DNA from: Glycera tridactyla
Taxonomy: Eukaryota
Assembly (NCBI GenBank): GCA_965644265.1
Contig: OZ286467.1
Span: 63,302,001-63,366,000, forward strand
Length of the DNA: 64,000 nt
Reading direction: 5' to 3'
Shown here: in pieces, positions 55,201 through 61,200 of the stretch
Position numbering within the stretch: position 1 is the stretch's first letter
How the letters are laid out: every line of letters starts with the position of its first letter
Program-made: the position numbers and the translations under genes
Notes under the pieces: model-generated
What the model was told of the DNA's origin: nothing
Seen by the model: the letters and a program-made list of their open reading frames with translations, nothing else
Database searches by the model: none

Positions 55201-58200
55201 AAGAAGATCACGACTCACAGTAGCTCTTCTGACAAGGAGGTGAATCTGGAAGTCCCGTCCATTGCGGTGTCTGTTCAGAAGTCACCGGACACTGGAAACT
55301 TATGTAAGGAGGATTTTAATTGTTCTCCGGCTAAGTCGACAGTGTCCAGTCATGAAGAGAGGCATACGGACACTGTGTCCGGTGCACTGAGCCCTACACA
55401 ACTTGTAGTATTCAACTCAGACGATGAAGCTGACTCATCTGTCCGTGGTCCGGTCGATGTATTGCCAGTACTGCCGGCCAATGAAGTCAGCTCTCAGTTA
55501 GAGTTACTAGAAACTAGTCAGATTGATTCCCCTAAATCAGTCCGTTCAAGTTCTAGCAGCAGAATATCCGGGGTTCAGTTTGTTGTTAAATTGGACAACA
55601 AGACTTCTCTATCTGATCAGAGTAAGACTGCACTGGGAAGTCTTCTCAATACTTCCGTGGGTTTTTCTTTGTTTGACAAACATTTCACTGCTTCATACAA
55701 GAAGAGTCAATGTTCATTATCAGATAGGTTTGTGGAGAAACAAAATCCAGTTATTCCTAGAGTGACCTCCCCTCAGGTGGTTCTAACTCAGGATGAGTCC
55801 GGTAGGACCAGGAAATCTTGTCCGTTGAGTATTCAACCAGTGTTGACAAAATCAATTGTGTCTGCTTAATCTCAGTCTAGTAAACAGACCACAGCAATTC
55901 CAGGCATATCTCAGCTTAAACTGACTTCTGATGTCCATACAACTCAGTCTAAGTCTCAAACTCAGTCTAAGACATCTAGCTCATCGGACAAACTTAAAAC
56001 TGGTTCTTCGGACAAACCTAAATCTGGTTCTTCCGACAACCCAAGGTCTGGTTCTTCGGGAAAACCTAAATCTGGTTCTTCGGTTAAACCAAAATCTGGT
56101 TCTTCGGTTAAACCAAAATCTGGTTCTTCGGACAAACCGAAATCTGGTTCTTCAGACAAGCCAAGATCCGACAAACCAAAATCTGGTTCTTCAAAAACTT
56201 CTGGGACTCAACATTCATCTAAGTCCAAGCCACCGGACAAATCTAAGTCTGGTCCACCGGACAAAGGGAAACCCATTTCTCAGAGTGTTAAGCTTAAACC
56301 AGTTCTATCTCAGACAAAGATTGCTCCTAGAATGACTGTAGCGCAGGTTATTCAGCAACAGATAGGTCAGGTTCCTACGCCAGGAGCTGTTCAAACTGTT
56401 ATGTCCGGTATGTCCGGTAACCAGAGTATATTACCAGGTATATTTGGTTCAGAATCGGATAACGAGTCAGACGTTAAGTCTTTATCAGAAAGTGATCCTA
56501 ATTCTAGTGGAAACCCTACTTCAGGACTGCCAATGGGCAGGCCCGCAGCTACAGGATCGCCTAAAAAGATTCCGCATATTATTCCCTCAGTTATACCTGA
56601 TCCAACTGTGATTCAGAATGCTACTCAACAAAGAACTCTGATTGACATTCTAGACTGGTGGTCAGCCAATAAACCGTCTCAGACTGCCCCTGTAGCTAGG
56701 GTTCCATCCCCTAAACTCATCCCACACACTGCCACAAGTCAGTCACCTGTTCAGATGGGTCCTCCCCAACAGGTGGTGCTAGATCCTTCTGCTAGGCTAA
56801 TTCTGGCCAAAGTAGAAGCGATGAGAGAAGAGTTTAAGGAGGTAAAGGAGGCATGCAGAAAGAGACCTTTGGAAGAAGGTGACTCAATGCATTCTTCTCA
56901 ATCAGAGGCAACAGAGAATCAAGCTCCGGTGCATAAAAAGCGGATGAAAGCCTTTAGGAAATATGCAGCGGAGTCGCTGGCACAATATGTTCCCCAACCT
57001 GATCCAGCCAGTAGAGGAAATCTTGGGGGTATAACAGCTAGCAAGGTGGACACTTCATTTGCGGCAGAAACTAGGACTAAGGATGTAGAGTTTCAGTCAG
57101 AGTCATCTTTACCTCTATCCCCTCTCTTGGTAAATGTGCAGAAGATTCTGGACGCAGCCTTACAGGGTGAGGAAAAAGATGAACCACCTCAATCAGTTAA
57201 TACTCCTCTTAGTGAGTTTGTATTAGGAGAGGGAGGTCAAGCTGAGGCTATGTCAAGGACATTTAAACCTAGTTTCCCAAAATTCTATGGTTGCAATCCT
57301 CAGGTTTATAAAATACGTGCTGGAGCAACCAAAGCAGACTATTTGGTCAGTCCACCTACTCTAGATTCGGAGTATGCATCTCATGGGGGGACGGCTACCA
57401 TAAATGATGTGAAACCTTCTCAAGATGAGTTTATGTTGAGAGATTGTCTGAAAATAATCTCTTATATAGATATGGCTCTCGCTGCAGGTGTCACAGCGAC
57501 GGAAGACGAAGTACTTGATTCTGCTGAAGTCAGACAGAAAGCCAGAGACTCTATGAGAGTAGGGGTTAGAGCTATAGATCACTTAGCCTCACTTATTGCC
57601 AAAGTCTCGGGAAATTTGGAATTAAATCGACGTTCCAATGCCTTGAAGTCTCTGCCCTTCGATGATAGAACCAAGGCTCAATTGAGAGTTCTTCCATTAG
57701 GTCACTCCACTCTCTTCGCGGGTAGACTTGATGATGCTTTTGATCGCTCATCGGAAATCCAACGTAAAAGAAGAGAGATGGAACACGATTATGAAAGGTC
57801 GAAATCCAAGAAGCAAACTGAGTCCAAATCGGGAGCTCATCAGGAAGCTTCTACTTCTAAGTCTTGGAGGAAGTCTTCTGGTAGGAGAGGAGGAAATTCT
57901 GGCAGAGGCAGAGGAAGAGGCAGAGGGCAACAGCAGAAATCGTCTGACAATCAAAACAGTCAGAATCAGACTCAGAATAAATCTGAGACCCCCAGGTTCT
58001 TCAGTAAGAAAAGGGGTCGAGGTCGTGGTTCTAAGCCCTAGGATGGGGGGCGTCACTTCCCAATTTCTAGTGGGTGCAAGACTACAGAATTTTGTAGCAG
58101 CTTGGCAGAGCATAACAAACAATCAGTTCATTTTAGACATGATCAGAGAGGGATTAACTTGGACCTTTCAAAATCCACCTGTGCTATCGACAAAATGGCT

Positions 58201-61200
58201 TCCTTTTTCTCTACCGAGGGTAGGGAATCCAAAAAGAGAGGCCCTTCTAGAAGAAATTCGCATGATGTTGGAAAAGAAGGCCATTTCCCCTATTATACCA
58301 GATCAGTCACCAGGATTCTACAGCCGGATATTTCTGGTAACCAAGTCCACAGGGGGTTATCGACCGATAATCAATTTGAAACCTCTGAACCAATATATAT
58401 TCAATCAGAGGTTCAAAATGGAAACAACGAGGTCGATAGTGAAAGCCGTATCACAAGGAGATTGGACAGTGTCCATAGATCTCAAAGATGCGTACTTTCA
58501 CGTACCCATCCATGTGGACTTCCAGAAGTATCTGCGCTTTGCTCTGTCTCCGACGGAAGGCTACGAATTTCATGCTCTCCCGTTCGGATTGTGCTCTGCC
58601 CCTTGAGTCTTCACTATGCTAGTTCGAGAGGTGGCGCAACACCTTCATATGAAAGGGATAAAATTCCACTATTACCTGGACGACTGGTTGCTCAGGCACC
58701 AGGACCCGAAACAGCTTCAGATACATCTGACCTACACTTTGGCATTAATTCGCAAGTTAGGTTGGATAGTAAACGAAATGAAGTCAGATCTTATTCCAAG
58801 CCAAACATTCGTTTACCTGGGCATGGACTTCAACACGTCCTTGTCCCTGGTTCGTCCTACCCTCAAGCGAGTTCAGAAACTAGAGGGTTGGGTGAGGCTG
58901 TTTCGGAGAGTGCGAATACAACCAGCTCGTTCAGTCCTCAGACTTCTAGGACATATGTCCAGCCTTTCAGACACTATTCGTCTGGGGCGACTCCACATGA
59001 GACCACTTTAGTTGGCTCTTCTCAGCCAGTGGAGTCCGTTCCAGGACGATCCAGACCAGTTTGTTCTGTTACCAGACGAGGTTCTTCTAGATCTTCTCTG
59101 GTGGAGCGATCGGAGACACTCTTTAGAAGGAGTTCCATTGGTGATACCAGAACCATCATTAACTCTAATGACGGATGCGTCTCTGGTAGGGTGGGGAGCC
59201 CACATGGTGAAAGATGGTTTTCGTCGGGAAGTGTCAGGCTTATGGCCGGAACACTACAAGGACAGGTCGATAAACTCCCTGGAGCTGGAAGCCATTCTTC
59301 TAGCAATACAGGAGTTTTGTTTGATGATGTCCAACCAAGTAGTGCTGGTTTTGTCGGACAGTTCCACGGCTGTGGCCTATCTAAGCAATCAAGGAGGCAC
59401 CCAGTCTTCCCTCCTGTGTGGACTAACATGGAAAGTGTTCAAGAAGACGGAAGCACACAACATTTCTCTTCGTGCGAGACATATACCCGGCAAGAGAAAT
59501 GTGCTAGCCGACTCATTGTCAAGAACCTCTCCAGTCCAGACAGAATGGGAGCTCCTTCAATCAGTGTTCAACAGGATAGTTCAGAAGCTCAACCTCTCTC
59601 CGACAGTGGATCTGATGGCGACACCTTACAACAAGAAGCTGCCAGTGTTCGTGTGTCCCTTTCCAGAAGCAACAGCACTGGCAGTAGACGCGCTGTCAAT
59701 GTCGTGGGAGGGGCTAGGAGTAGCATACATTTTTCCCCCAACATCCATGATTCGCGATGTTCTGAACAAGCTGAGAGGGACAGATCTAATAATGATATGC
59801 ATAGCTCCCTGGTGGAAGAACCAATCTTGGTTCGTAGATCTGCTAGAAATGTCAATAGACTTACCCCTAGAGCTTCCACTTCCTCGGAACATTCTAACAC
59901 AGAAAGTGTCAGGCAAACTGGTCAACCACTTCCGACCCCAGGTGCTGAATCTTCACGCCTGGTGTCTATCCGGAGTAACCTCTCCAGAAAAGGTTTTTCA
60001 GCAGAGGCAGTCGAGCGCATCTCTCGACCTACACGCCAATCCACAGCCAGAGTGTATGATGGCCGATGGGTACGCTGGGAATCTTGTTGCTCCCAGCATC
60101 AAGTGGATAAAGAGCGTCCTGCTATGAATTTAGTAGCTGACTTCCTTCTTTCTCTTTGGAATTCAGGAATGGCTTATGAAACTATTAAAGGCTATCGATC
60201 GGCAATCAATTCAGTGTTGTCTCGCTCTGGTATAAGAATCGCGGATTCTTCTGAAATTAATGACTTGCTGAAGAACTTTGCTCTGGAGAGGCCAGTGCTT
60301 CATAAATCAATTCCTCAGTGGAATTTACCGTTGGTCTTATCGTACCTTCGCTTTCACCCTTTTGAACCAGTGGAAGAAATATCTCTTCCTTACCTGGCTA
60401 AAAAGGCTGCCTTTTTGATAGCACTGGCCTCCGGTAGACGCCGGAGTGAGATTCATGCACTCTCGGGTCTTCCGGATTCCGTTAGATTCTCTCGAGATTT
60501 ATCCAAGGTCTCGCTCATTTGTGAACCTGGTTTCCTCTCTAAGAATCAGAAGCCTGACGGACAGTCTCCGATAATTCAGATTCCAGCCTTGAAGATTACC
60601 CAAGGGGTATCTCAAGCTGACCGATTACTTTGCCCGGTCAGGGCATTGGAATGTTTTTACAGACGGTCTTTACCCGGTCGGGGTAATCGCCGTAAACTGT
60701 TTTATGATCCTTCTTCATTGTTGGATAAGGACATGCGTGTGGATCGCATTTCCAGATGGGTACAAGACATCGTCAAGGGTGCATATTTGGCATCAGGACT
60801 TGATCCTGATTCTATTGGAGATCATGTTTCGGCTCATGAGCTCAGAGCCTTTTCAGCCTCTTGGCGCATGTTTAACCGTTCTTGTTCCTTGGAAGAAGTT
60901 ATGAGATCAGCTTTTTGGCGATCTCGTTCTACTTTTGGAACATATTACCTGAGGGACATGTGTGGCCAGGCAATGGACCTTTACTCTTTGGGACCCATTG
61001 TAGCTGATCAAGCTGTAATAGTTCCTCCTGACTAGTTTTTCAGTATTCTGAAATAAGTCATATTTGTATAGGTAGTACCCACCATCCGTGTCTTATTCGG
61101 ATGCTTAATTTGAAGGAGAAGCACGGTATTGAATTAACCGAAACCCAGGTTTTTCTAACCTGGGGGTTAATACTATACCTGCTTCTCCTTCAAATCTGAT

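Noticed and set aside
55861-55880. Programmed stop-codon readthrough in gag
   Set aside because: The context GCT TAA TCT does not resemble known readthrough contexts (e.g. UAG CAR YYA, UGA CUA), and pol has two similar stops; a nonsense mutation is simpler. A family consensus is needed to exclude readthrough.
54652-56335. Treating 54652-55869, 55931-56335 and 56332-58041 as separate genes
   Set aside because: The first and third are one frame joined by an open stretch; 55931-56335 and 55962-56174 (-) are alternative-frame readings of the 24-nt repeat.
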